Shown: in pieces, positions 51,300 through 63,461 of the stretch
How the letters are laid out: every line of letters starts with the position of its first letter
How positions within the stretch are numbered: position 1 is the stretch's first letter
Assembly: GCA_009103225.1 (NCBI GenBank)
Contig: RHPI01001259.1
Location: forward strand, 1 to 64,000
Direction of reading: 5' to 3'
DNA length: 64,000 nt
Origin: Chlorokybus atmophyticus
Lineage: Eukaryota; Plantae; Mesostigma and Chlorokybus algae
Notes under the pieces: generated by a model
The model's input: only the letters and a program-made list of their open reading frames with translations
Database searches by the model: none
Told to the model about the DNA's origin: nothing
Made by a program: the position numbers and the translations under genes

Positions 51300-53187
51300 T
51301 CAGCGGTCTTCTGCGGCGTGCACAGCAGCCTGCCTTGCCAGGTTTGCGACCGTGTTGATGCCGTGGGCCTCCACTTCTATCGTCGTGCGCCCAAAGTAAA
51401 AAGATGTCTCAATCTTACGCTGAATGCCCAGTGCAGTCAGGGCACGGTGTGTCACACTCCCCAAGCAGTAAAAGTGTAAGAGCGCTGTCTGTTGTATATA
51501 CTTGGGCAGATCGCCTGGATTGCTCTCGGTGCTGAAAACTGTTTCTCTCATGGCACGCTGCTGCTTGTCTATTGCCACCAATGCTCACAACAGGGTAGTC
51601 CCGCTCAGTTAGCTGCCCCTTTCGCACAAGGACTGTGTAGTTGTGGCTGCACTTCCAACCAGCGTCTGACTGGGATCTGTACTCTGCAAGATCACCCGGC
51701 TCGAACTTGCGTACACAACCTGCCACGTATGTCCGGCGTGCAAATCGACAGCAAGCAATTTTAGAGGTGTTGAGGGCATACGCCCTGAACCACGGCAACT
51801 CCCGAAAGCAGCGGGTTGCGAACCCGCCTTTAGGAGGCCACCTGTTCCTGCGTGGGTGCAGGTCAGTGTCAGCGCGCATGTGGGTACCAGTTAGCTGAAG
51901 GTTAACATAGGTCACTCGCCAGACACAGTGTGCTACAAGCATTACACTCACTTGCAGGTATATCGATTCGGCAAAGCCTCCCACCAGCAGAATGTGCGGG
52001 TTTGCATTGCACAACGCCTCGCTTGCCAACATGCTGTCCAGGCACGTGAGCGCGCTGCGCATCACTTTGCTGAAACACTCCTCCAGCTCGGCAGTCGATA
52101 GCTTCAAAGCGCGTGTGCTGCGCTTGAGTTTTTGCCAGCTGGGTTCGTCAGACCCAGCTCCAAGGGACTGTTTCAGCAGCTCACACCAATCAAGAGCCAC
52201 AGAAGCGGGCATATCACCTGAGCGTGGAGTTTCGGTGCGATCAAATGAGTGGTTTGTTATCAACCAGTGGCGCATGAGCAAAGCATACTCCTCTGGATCA
52301 GACAATGCAAGGTCCTGCGCGCAAAGGCAAGTCTTTTGTCGAGTGGTTTTGCTGAGGTGCATGTTTTTCCCACAAGCACCTTACCTTTATGCGTGAGACC
52401 TTCTTTGCGGCAAAGCGCATGAAAGCATCATCAACATCAGTACCGCCACAGCGTTCCCCTTTGCCAATGGCCAGCTCCTTGATGCGACCGTCAGGCATGA
52501 CCCTCGTGTGCGACCGCGTCTATCGTGCCCCCTCCTACATCAAGCACAATATACTGATCCCCTCTCTTCAATTTCAGATCCCCGACACCCTTGGCTTGGC
52601 CGTACAGGGAAGCTGCTGTGGGTTCAAGGCATATCAGCAGTTTGAAAGGGCTGCCCTGGTCATCCGTGTCAGGTCCATCCTTCCCCCTTGTGAGTCCCGC
52701 CAACTAACAAACGGTTTAGTCAGCTAACAGTGACCGACTCAACATCTGCGTCACAAACATCTGCACAACACATTATTGTACATCTGGCTTGTACATAAGG
52801 TGAGCTTACTTGGGCTGCAGCCTGCATTGTTGCTTTTGCTTCATCAGTCCAGATGGCGGGCACTGTCAAGCACCACTGCACGTGACACTTGCGGATGGTA
52901 GGGTGCTGCCTGTTGAAGTCATTCATGGCGAAGTTCTCAATCGAGTGAATGAAGTTGGCAGTGGTGATGCGCTTGGTTGTGAGGGCTGCAGGCAGAGTGG
53001 TTGGGCGCAACGCCGGTTCAACCAGCCATAGCTTGAAGCGCTCTACAACCAGGTACCCGCTATCAGCATGGACAAAGCCATCTTCGTCATCAATGTCGTC
53101 GCAGCTGCCGTCGTCACCAACTTCTGCAGATGTTGCACGTCTTGACAAATCTTTACTCTTGAGGCATCCTTCAGCCTGTGGCACCAA
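51300..53187 (-). pseudogene. HSPA12-type Hsp70/actin-fold protein, copy 1, N-terminus missing
   Basis: VERFKLWL, VQWCLTVPAIWTDEAK, LEPTAAS, VLDVGGGTID, GERCGGTDVD, ILLVGGFAES, RFARRTY, FYFGRTTIEVEA. Several frameshifts; no IDFGT exon. Confidence 0.88.
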
Positions 53188-53329
53188 ACCCCTTGCAGAG
53201 TCCTATTGCGTGCAACAATGCATCTGCTGGCCCGGTTTCTGTCCATGTCACTGTCGCTCTGTCTAAGGCTGCTGGCAGCCGCTGTGGTTGCATTTCAATG
53301 CACCTGAAGTGTACCGCTCAAGTGTGCTG

Positions 53330-54245
53330 TGGCAGGCCTGCTTGGTGCGGTCCTATGCCAGATTCTTCGAGCGTGAACTGGTTGACGATGAGGGACCTTC
53401 CTTCCTCGAGCACCATGCGGAGATTTCAAAAGTATTACTCCGCCACAAGCTCCTCAGGCAGTTCGTGGCCTGAAGTCCAGTCCGCACTGGACAAGTGGCG
53501 TTATTACTCGCAAATCCACCTCTGCCAAACGCTAGTGCAGGTTCTGCTCATGCCGACTCAATCCGCACAGTGCATTGGTAGCAACGTGGATGGGAGTGAC
53601 ACATATGCACACATAAGTACACCTTGTGCCGCCGATGCATTGTTCAACTGTGCAATTGCTGTTGTCCAGCGCATGTCATTGTCCTTGTCAACTGCGTGTA
53701 CTGTGTACTCGCAACTTCACGTGTCTATGTCCCACAGATGAACCGACCAGCACATGCAAGGTGTCTGCTTGTGAAGCATCATTCTGACTTGGTTGTTTAC
53801 AGGAGCTGACAGCGCAGCGCAAGGCGAGCGTCAGCAAGCCATTGACATCCTGGCAAAGCTGTGGGACTTCTTCAGCCATGAAGGCGAAGCTGTGCTTGGA
53901 GTATGGGAGGACACTTTGTGGAAGCTGCACTTGCTGTCACACGCGTTTCTGGTACCTCCGTCCATCATCAGGCGCACTTGCGGTCAGGTCGTCAACGCCG
54001 GCGACATTCTGTGCCAGATCATCAGCGAGCCTGTGGCCAGCAAGGCCAATGATACTCGCGGTCGGGCCGCACTCCGCTCTGATTCGAATGTGGCCCTGAT
54101 GGTGTTCTTCGGCATGTCGCTTGGCTCGCATCACGTGCTGCCGTGTCAAGTTGTACTCATGCCTGCTGCGGAGGTCTCTCCTCCAACACGGAAGCAATGC
54201 GCAGGGCGCAAAGCATCCCCCACACTTGCGAACCAAGCGGTGTAG
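53330..54245 (+). pseudogene. Partner gene B, copy 1 (GIL1/IRKI-like C-terminal domain), 5' part missing
   Basis: ACLVRSYARFF…WPEVQSALDKW, then LWKLHLLSHAFLVPPSIIRRTCGQ…VALMVFFGMSLGSHHVLPCQVVL. Frameshifted after EHHAE relative to copy 2. Confidence 0.6.
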
Positions 54246-55354
54246 GCGGCACATTTGCAAGGTGGTGCGCTGCAGCCACAGCATGGTTGTTCATACCCAA
54301 TACAAAGGCGCTGTTAGAGGAATGACAGTCACTTCTAGCTGTGCAAAGGCTTGGGGAAGTTGAGTGAGTGTGATTGCACCATGCATAAGTGGTAAGGCAT
54401 AACTAGGTCTCTTGGGGCGTGAGCGCTAGCACTGCGTTTCAGCCAGCGTTTGCTAGGTATGTTGGCAATATGAGTTAAGGTAGCATGTGTCGAGGTAGTG
54501 AAGCCGGAAGTGAACTGACATGGTAGTCCCGCATGTACAGGCAAAGACAGTGGCACGAGGATTGTCAGGTTGACCATCGGGTGCATTCACTACCTCACAC
54601 GCTGCACTATCCCTACCACCCCGTTAGCCATGTGTGTGTGCGCGCATTCGCCGTACGTGTCTAGATTTTTAGATGCTTGTGGCTGATCATTGGGGCTGCG
54701 CCAATTTTGCATTTGCTGTTGCTGTTGAAAGTGGAAGAAGATGACACAGCATTGGTTGTAAAAGTCGTCATCGAGGACATGTCGAGCAAAGCGCATCATC
54801 CACCTGAGCGGTTCAAACAGTAAATGTGGGTCTACGGCACCAAAACTTGCTTGTAATGACCTGAGTCATGCAGAAGCAACATCTGCATGTATTGCAGGGA
54901 AGGGCCAGATCTGTCATATCAACATAGATTAAATACTGGCGCTGCAACATGAGAAGTTGAATTGTTACATCAGCATGTCTTGATGTGATAGGTTTTCCCA
55001 GATATGGTGACGTGTGAGGTATGTGTGCTGATGTTTGCCAAAAGTGATAGCACGCGCGTGTCAGATATTAGCACCTGTCTTGAACAGCGGTGTCCAATTG
55101 CCAAGCACACTTGATGATGGTCTGTGGAAGTAGCATGAATGCGTGCAAGGCATTAGCAAAGCAATGGCTGCCATGCTGCACGCCTTTCTGAACCATCATG
55201 ATGATCAATACCACATCGCGGAGATTGAAGCACGCAGAGCCTCACAGGTGAGACATGCACGTGTAACCATTGTTGCACAAGCACCACAATACATGCTCTC
55301 AGATTAAACAATGATCTGCGCGATGACCTCGTGCCCAACCGCCTATTAGGCTTC

Positions 55355-55700
55355 TGGCTTTACATGATTGTTGGCTAATGCTGTGTGATAGCCTCACACC
55401 CTAACTGACGAGGTTTGTATGGACGCTTGTTAGGAGTGTACTGTGTGGACCATGGGCAGAGGCATTGTGACACGCAGGCTTGATTCAGAGAGATAGCCTT
55501 CTTGCATTGCAGTGCTGCTGACGGTTCATATTGTTCAAGGCAGTCTGCACGATCACAATGAGACAATCGATTGGAACGTTGTGCACAGTCAACAGCATAC
55601 TTGCTAACCATGCACTCTGGCTAGTCCGCATGAGAGCAAGTCAGGTGCGGCTTGAGGCTCACCTGCAACGACCCAATACCCAGAGAGGATGTGACCATAT
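55355..55700 (+). repeat. Further copy of the sequence found downstream of the Hsp70-like genes
   Basis: Aligns by eye to 63605-63960 (same strand) and in part to 51070-51140 (opposite strand). Confidence 0.8.
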
Positions 55701-56542
55701 GACCAATCAGCTTTCATACCACAAAGCCAAGCACTATGCTTTGTAATAGTGGTTGCGGCTAAGAGCTCGGAGGATACTGCGTTGGGTACAAACAAGCGGA
55801 AAACGAGCTGATACCTAAGCTCATAACAAACAGCACAGCGTCTACCTAGCTGACGCACCTTGCAATTGAAGTGGTGTGCGATGATGAATGACTGACATTG
55901 AGCGAGTCCAGCATGTACACAACCAGGCTCCGACCAGCCTCCCCACCGCCGCCTCCTCCTCCTCGTCCTCGTCCTCCGCCTCTGGCATTTAGGGTTTGGT
56001 GCAGGCGGTTTGGGCGGGAACGTGTGTCCGTTTGGAAGGAAAAAACGACGACCAAAGCTTCAAAGTGATTGAATAGATGCGACTCCTTCTCCACTTGCTC
56101 CTTGTGGTGGGGGGCCGGGGCGGCGGGGGTGGGTGGGGGCGCCTGGCGCTGAGTTGAGCTGGGCTGGGCTCGGCTGGGATGAGATGATGGTGAGGGGCTG
56201 TCATGAGTAGTAGGTGGCGTCTGAGGGATGTCGTTGTGGGCTTGGTGGGCGTGCGCAGCTTGCGGCGATTGTTGAGCGGAGCGGCAGACCAGCAGGCAGG
56301 CGGCAACCAGCGCAAGAATTGGACAGGCCAAGCCACGTGCAAGGCAAGCGCCTGCTTGATTGTGTGTTTGTGTGTTCTGCTGTCTCCCTGCGGCATCTGA
56401 AACAGCGACTGTGCACTTCACTGTATGCATGCATGCATCGCACTTGACAGTTGTGGACGTTTTGCTCGGTTGGCTTCAACTAGCTAGCTAGCCATCTAGC
56501 TCGTGTGTAATCGCTGCTAACGAACACGCCATCTGCAGGTTA

Positions 56543-56989
56543 GTGCTGGGCGCCATGGCCGCTCAGGACTTGCCCAACCTCCCCAACATCGTTGGGGGTT
56601 TGCAACGTATACAGGATGAAGTGTCGAAGGTTGCCAACCCGCCAGGGTTCCAGCAGCAGGGCCACCTCTTTCACATGTTCCAGCAACTGCAGAAAGGGCA
56701 AGCCGACATCATAGCAGGACAACAAGGCCTCGCAATGGCGTTGCGATACGCGGACTTCAACAACCAGAGTAGGCTGTTCAACAGCAAGTGTCGACCGGAT
56801 GCGGCACTCCAATGGCTCCGCAACACCAACCAAGGTAATCCCCCCGTCAACCCTCCCGCTACCAAGATGGACGTACACAGCGCGACTGGTGCAGTTATTG
56901 ACAAACTGTTGCAGTTTTATGGCTTGCCGGTTGTCGGGTTGGTTGTAGAGCGTCGCTTTCGCCTGCTGGTTTTCATTGGTGCGGATTAG
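56543..56989 (+). CDS. Intronless small protein: short coil plus Mug135-like C-terminal domain
   Basis: NNQSRLFNS…LQWLRN…NPP.NPPAT…IDKLLQFYGL..VG…RRFRLLVFIG resembles my recollection of the fungal Mug135_C pattern. Clean open frame; likely ATG at 56555. Confidence 0.55.
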   Translation: MLGAMAAQDLPNLPNIVGGLQRIQDEVSKVANPPGFQQQGHLFHMFQQLQKGQADIIAGQQGLAMALRYADFNNQSRLFNSKCRPDAALQWLRNTNQGNPPVNPPATKMDVHSATGAVIDKLLQFYGLPVVGLVVERRFRLLVFIGAD

Positions 56990-57080
56990 TTTTGTTGCAT
57001 TCAAGGTTTCCGCCAGTTGGTTTTGTAGTTTGCCTATTGTTGTACAGGTGACAAAGTTGCGCCTGCAGTTCCCTATTTCG

Positions 57081-57311
57081 TCACTCAGCCCCCCCTATCT
57101 TTCGTGTTGTCCACCTCGCATGAGGGTTTGTTTTGCGCAACGCCTCATTTGCTACCATGCTATCGAGGCAACTGAAAGTGCTGCGCATCACCTCGCTGAA
57201 GCATACCTCCATATCAGTAGTGATAGGCTTCAAGGCGCACGTTTTGCGCTTGAGTTCCTGCGAGCTGCTTTTGTGGGTTAAATTTGAAAAAACTTTCTCA
57301 TGTGCGCGCAT
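57081..57311 (-). pseudogene. Third Hsp70-like fragment
   Basis: QELKRKTCALKPITTDMEVCFSEVMRSTFSCLDSMVANEALRKTNPH is paralogous to copies 1 and 2. Confidence 0.85.
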
Positions 57312-57526
57312 ACGTGTGCGCGTTCAACTGTTTCTGTGCGTGGGGGTGTGCACATGCGCGTGCGCATGCGTGTGTGCATGCGTGTGCGTCATTGTGCTTT
57401 TCTGTCTCTGGCATCTGGTGGCTTCATTACACTTTGTGGCTTTCATTACATAGCTGCATGCTGCACGTTTCACAACCACATTCACAACTCTGCAAAATTC
57501 AGCCACGATTCACTGTTTTTCTGCTG

Positions 57527-57700
57527 CAGGCGTGTCTCATGGACGCGCATGTCACATACTTTTGGGGCGAGCTTTTCAATGCAAAAGGGGCCTCTTCTTT
57601 AAGCAACGCCGAGTGCGCCACTAGGTTTTCCGGCTTCACCATTGCGCGGCTCTCGGCTTGAATGGAAACCTAGCACCTCCGCTCGTCGAACACTATGCCG
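57527..57700 (+). pseudogene. Third, more diverged gene B exon fragment
   Basis: ACLMDAHVTYFWGELFNAKGASSLSNAECATRF aligns with ACLVRSYARFFEHELFDIEGASFLEHHAERAGRF. Confidence 0.6.
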
Positions 57701-58383
57701 GCTGGGTATACTATTGTAGAACGGAGCTCTGCAACCTGCTAGTGAAAGCATGACACTTACATTTTCTATGTGAGAGTCTCCCATACCAATGGTTGGTGCC
57801 GTTATCTCGCCATCACTCGTCAATGTAAAGTGCAAGGTACACAGTTACCACATTGCATGTACTGTTTGCGCACACATTACTTAGCCAGCAACTACCCCAC
57901 ACACTGGCCGAATAAAGTTCCAGTTGCTATGAACCATCGCATAAGTTACTTGAAGATCGACTTGCTGCTCCTTTGAACATTCCAGCTGCTTACATACCCC
58001 AAGGGGAAGTCCTCATTGTGGCACAAATGTGTGAGCCCGCAGTACCTGCGTGTTGTTACATGCTGCTATCGGCGTACCACGACATGTTGAGGGGCAGCAC
58101 ATCACTGTTGGTTAAGTGCATGCAGGCAGTCAAGCATGCTTGCTAGCCTGCTTGCCTGCTAGCCTGCTACTGCTACTGACTTACTGTGGCTGCTAGTTGC
58201 CTAACCACTAACCTGCTACTGCCTACAGCTGCTTACCTACTGGCTAAAAAGTGTGTGCATGAGTGTAGTTGTCTCGCTGAGCTGTTGACAGTGAGTTGTT
58301 CAAGTCATTTCATGCTTTTGCCTAGCAGATTGGCACACAGCGCATGCATCCACTCATGTGCCAGAACTGCCAATGCAACAATA

Positions 58384-60290
58384 TTACAGGCTTAACGCTG
58401 CCATCCCTCCAACAAGGTCTTTGTCTTGGGTTTGCGCAAGTTTGTTGTCTTCAAGTTGTGGCTGCAGCGCACCATCTTGCGGATGTACCGCCTGCACTGC
58501 TTGGTTTGCGAGTGCCGGGGATGCTGTGGGCCATGCGCATTGCGTCTGTGCCGGACGAAAGACCTCCGCAGCAGGCATGAGTACAACTTGACACGGCAGC
58601 GTGTGATGCTTGCCGAGCGACATGCCAAAGAACACCATCAAGGCCACATTAGATGCATGAGAGCGGCGAGTGGTAATGGCCTTCTTGGCCACGGGCTCGT
58701 TGATGATCTGGCACAAATTGTCGCTGGCGTCAACAACCTGACCGTAAGTGCGTCTGATGATGGGCGGAGGTACCAGAAACGCGTGACACAGCAGGTGAAG
58801 CTTCCACAAAGTGTCCTCCCATACTCCGAGCACAGCTTTGCCTTGGTAATTTATGTAGGCCCACAGCTTTGCATGGATGTCATTTGCTTGATGATACTCA
58901 CCAGCTTTCATCTCCTGTGAAAAACCAAGACAGAATGAGCGTGACAAGCAGACCACCCCGTATGTGCTGCTTAGTGTTGACAATATACACGCAAAGCTGC
59001 AAGTACACACTACTTGACACTGACATGTGCTGAACAACAGCATCATTCCACGGTTGCAACTGGAACAAACACGCTGCATCACTGGCAGATGGTGCATATG
59101 CTCTTGTACTAGTCCCAGTGTAGTCTTCCCATCAGCATTACCAAAAGGCACTGTGCGGGTTGCGTTGTCGCATGAACAATACCTGCACTAGCATTTCGCA
59201 GAGGTGGATTCGGGAGTGATAACGCCACTTGTCCAGCGCGAACTGGACTTCGGGCCATGCGGTGCCAGAGGAACTTTTGGTGGAGTAGTACTTCTGGAAC
59301 CTGCCAGCGCGCTCAGCATGGTGTTCGAGGAACGAAGCTCCCTCAATGTCAAACAGTTCATGCTCGAAGAATCTGGCATAGGACCGCACCAAGCAGGCCT
59401 GCCAAAGCAATCACACAAGCACTTACAGCAGTGCAGATCAAATGCAGTGAAGTGCAACCATGCACACATTGGCAGCCGGCAGCTGCTTGCTTACAAGCGG
59501 CCAAACCACAACATGGCATGCAGCTGACTGTTCAACTTACATAGGTCACGTAAGTTACATGCGTACAATGTGGACCTCACAGCGCAGACAGTACAAGACG
59601 CAACCATCAGCACGGGTAGGGGACATCCGCATGCAACGTGAACGCCTCACCTGCACCCACTGCTTGGCAACCCAGTCTTTGTCTCCAGACAACGCGAGTA
59701 CACTCCTGGGCAAGAGCTGATCTGCATTATCGATGACCCAGTCTGCAATCTCCTGTCAGCAATGTTGTTCAGCGAGCAGGATTGGCGATGTAATGAAGCA
59801 CGCATTGCTGTGCATCTTAACCTGCGCAGCTCTGCCCGCATCAGCTTGTGCAAGCAAGAACTGCCGGTCAAGAGCTGGTGGCACCGCTAGTGACGCAGTG
59901 GCACTGCTGCCTGTGACACTGCATAAGCGCAAAAAGGTCAACTGCAATGTGACATGGGCGGAATGCGCTGCCATGCAAGCACTCATACCTACCTGTAAGC
60001 AAGCTGCAACTGGTTCTGGAGAGCTGCATTAGCCGTCTCTGCTGCATGGCGCAGCGGCTGCTGTTGTTGCAACTGCGTATTGAGTAACTGGTTGTGAGCT
60101 TCCAGCTGGTATGCGCTCGCCTGTGCCTGCGTGCGCAATTGCTGCTCCTCGTGCTTGCTGGTTTCGCTGGAAACCAGTAGCTCTGTCAGATCCAGCAGCT
60201 CAGATCGGAGTCTCTTGCAATCCTCAGCATGGTTAGCTGGGTTGCCAAAAAGCATTCGGCTAAGCCCGCGGAATCGCCCCATGGCTACTG
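58384..60290 (-). CDS. Partner gene B, copy 2: N-terminal coiled coil, helical middle region, GIL1/IRKI-like C-terminal domain
   Basis: Coil exon DCKRLRSELLDLTELL…ETANAALQNQLQLAY (59990-60290). Middle exon 59160-59400 is open. C-terminal exon LWKLHLLCHAFLVPPPIIRRTYGQ…VALMVFFGMSLGKHHTLPCQVVL. Internal exons between 59500 and 59990 not fully resolved. Confidence 0.6.
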
Positions 60291-61089
60291 AGACCAGATA
60301 AGTCATGCTGCACTCAGTGGCGCGGTAGAATGAACAGCAACGCCCTCTGTGCGCCAAGTAAAGCAATCAGCGTTGGACAGGCATACCTACAAGAAGGTGT
60401 GTGCTGCTTGGCTTGACAGACTGTGCTGCTCGCTCTCTCTTGCCCCTTGAAGCTGGGCATCATGCGTGCACAGGTTGTGCCTGTCCCATCAACAAGGCGA
60501 ACGTGCGTAAAAGGTACGCAACTTCGGCATGTGCGGTCTGTCACTTCACTGAGGCAGCTGGCAAGGAAGCTAGCACGCTCCAGGTCACGTTGTGCGCGCT
60601 GTCACATCACCAACTCCTACAACTCCTGCGTACAACTTGCGCACAGCTTAGAGTGGAAGCGTGCATGTTGGTGACCAATGGGAGTTGCGCTGCGGCTCTT
60701 CAGCCAGTTGACGTCGGCGTCGTTAGGGCCTACAGCGACAGGGACACCGGCAGAGGGCGTAAGTTATACGCAGCGATCACCGTACAAACAGCGTGATCAA
60801 GCAGGACGAGCGCTCAGTTGACAGTTTTGCAGTCGAAGCCGTTCTCAAGGTAAGCAACTTGCAACGCACACGTAAGGTTCCGTCAATGTTGCAGGCCAGT
60901 AGCTACCAGTGTTGTCAATGCAGAACAGATGACACTGATACCGCATGTTCAGGCATCGGAGACTGGCTCACGCAATGGCTCCTCACCTGTGTCTAGAGGA
61001 GGTGGGCAAAAGAGCAACGCAACTGAGTTCTGTATTCTGCTCTGTATGCACCCATGCATGCATTGCTGACTGCCAACAGTCGCCTACGC

Positions 61090-63461
61090 AGGCCAAGCCG
61101 CGTGCTGTTGTGGCAATTGACTTCGGAACGACGTACTCAGGTATGTAGCACGCACGCGCCCACACACACAACTGTATATGTGCACACGCCCCAGAGCCAC
61201 AGCTCAGTTGCAATGGTTTTAGTGTCGCAGCAACCAATGTATACAGCGTTTGGTAACGGGCTTCTCCTGGAGCAGAAAGGATGGTGAAGTGCACACCTGT
61301 TACCAATGGCCGCAACAGCTGATGAGCTACTGCAAGACACCAACTGTATTGGCATATGCAAAGGCAGGCAAAGTAGTTTTATTTTGTTGCTGGCTGTGCT
61401 GAACCCTCTATGCCAACACATTGTTGCTGCAGGACACGCATGGCCGTTGGCAGGCCAAGAAGTGGGGCTGGCCTGCTTCACTGGCCAACCGCACCGCGCA
61501 AGCAGACAGCGACCGACTCACTGCACTGGTGGCAACCATGCAAGGTTTGCAATTGCTGTCAGACTTAATAGCTGCTCATGTTGCATGGAGGGGTCTAAGC
61601 GTACGCTGTCTTGCCACAGGCTGAAAGGTGCCTTACTATAAAAGACTCGGCAAGACGCGCAACATCTGCAGGAGGCGATGATGACTGCAACTACGATGAC
61701 ATTGACGACGAAGATGGCTTTGTCCATGTTGATGACGGTTACCTGGTCGTAGAGCGCTTCAAGCTATGGTTGATGGAACCTGCGTTGCGCCCAACCACTC
61801 TGCCAGCGGTGCTCACCACCAAGCGCGTCATTGCGGACTTTCTCCGCTTGATTGGGAGATTTGCCATGGACGACCTTAACCAGAAGCACCCTACCATCCG
61901 CAAGGCTCACGTTCAGTGGTGCTTGACAGTCCCCGCCATCTGGACTGATGAAGCGAAGGAAACCATGCAGGCTGCAGCCCAAGTAAGCTCATCTCCTGTA
62001 CAACTGTTTGGCACAGACATTTGTGATTGGGGGTGTAGAATTCGTCGCCACCCAGCTGACCAAAACCGTTTGTTAGTTGGCGGGACTTACAAGGGCGAAG
62101 CACGGAGGTGGCACGGATGACGAGGCCAGCCCGTTCGAACTGCTGATATGCCTTGAACCCGAGGCAGCTTCCTTGTACTGCCAATGGTGTCGGGGATCTG
62201 AAGTTGAGGAAAGGGGACCAGTATGTTGTGCTTGATGTGGGAGGGGGCACAATAGATGCGGTTGCACACAAAGTGAAGCGGGACGGCCGCATCAAGGAAT
62301 TGGCCATGGGCATAGGGGAACGCTGTGGCGGTACTGATGTTGATGATGCTTTCATGCGCTTTGCCGCAGAACAGATTCCACCCATAAAGGTAATGTGCTT
62401 ATCACATCTTGTATCTCAGCTAGAGCATTCAGCAAACAACTTGCCTTGCGTACAGGGCCTTGCATTGTCTGATCCAGAGGAGTACGCTTTGCTTATGCGC
62501 AATTGGTTGATAACAAAACATGCGTTTGACGGCATTGAAGCCCCGCGCTCAGTCGATTTGCCTGCTTCAGTGGCTCTTGACTGGTTTGAGCTACTGAAAA
62601 AGTCGGCTGATGAAAGCAGCTTGCAGAAACTCAAACGCAGCACGCGCGCCTTGAAGCTATCAACTGATGACATGGAGGAATGCTTCAGCGAGGTGATGTG
62701 CAGCGTGTTCAGTTGCCTGGACAGCATGTTGGCAAGCGAGGCATTGCGCAACACAAACCCCCACATTCTGCTAGTGGGAGGGTTCGCCGAGTCGTTGTAC
62801 CTGCGAGTGAGTGTTGTTTTCCATGCTTGTGCCTGCCTGCCTGGCGCAATCCATACTGACCTTTGGCTATGTATCTACATGCACGCACTGACACTCACCT
62901 GTGCCCGCGCAGGAACAGATGGCCTTTGACAAGCGTGTTCACGTCCCGCTGCTTCCAGGTGTTGCCGTGGTTCATGGGGCAAGCTTGTATGCGCTCAACA
63001 CCTCCAAGATTGCTTGTCGATTTGCACGCCGGACATATGTGGCAAGCTGCGCCCGCGGCGTCAGGCTAGGTGATCCTGAAGAGTACAAATTCCACACCGA
63101 CTCAGGTTGGTTGTGCCGCCATGCATACACAGTCCTTGTGGAAAAGGGACAGCTCATTGAGCAGGACAAACCTGTTGTGAGCACTGGAAGCCCAGTAAGC
63201 AAGCAGCAGCGTGCCATCACAAAAAAGGTTTTTAGCACCGAGAGCGATCCGGACGATCTGCCCAAGTATACAACAGACAGTGCGTTTACACTGCTTGGAG
63301 AGTTTGTCATCCCGTGCCCTGACACTGCACTAGGCATTGATCGCGACATTGAAACTTCTTACTACTTTGGGCGCACGACAATAGAAGTGGAGGCCCGCCG
63401 CATCAACACAGTTGCGGATCTGGCAAGACAGGTCGCTGTGCAAACCTCAGCAGAACTCTGA
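61090..63461 (+). pseudogene. HSPA12-type Hsp70/actin-fold protein, copy 2, nearly full length
   Basis: RAVVAIDFGTTYSG (phosphate-1), TVPAIWTDEAK, LEPEAAS, VLDVGGGTIDAV, LLVGGFAES, PGVAVVHGA, YYFGRTTIEVEA. A 5-bp deletion relative to copy 1 near 62180 shifts the frame. Confidence 0.88.
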
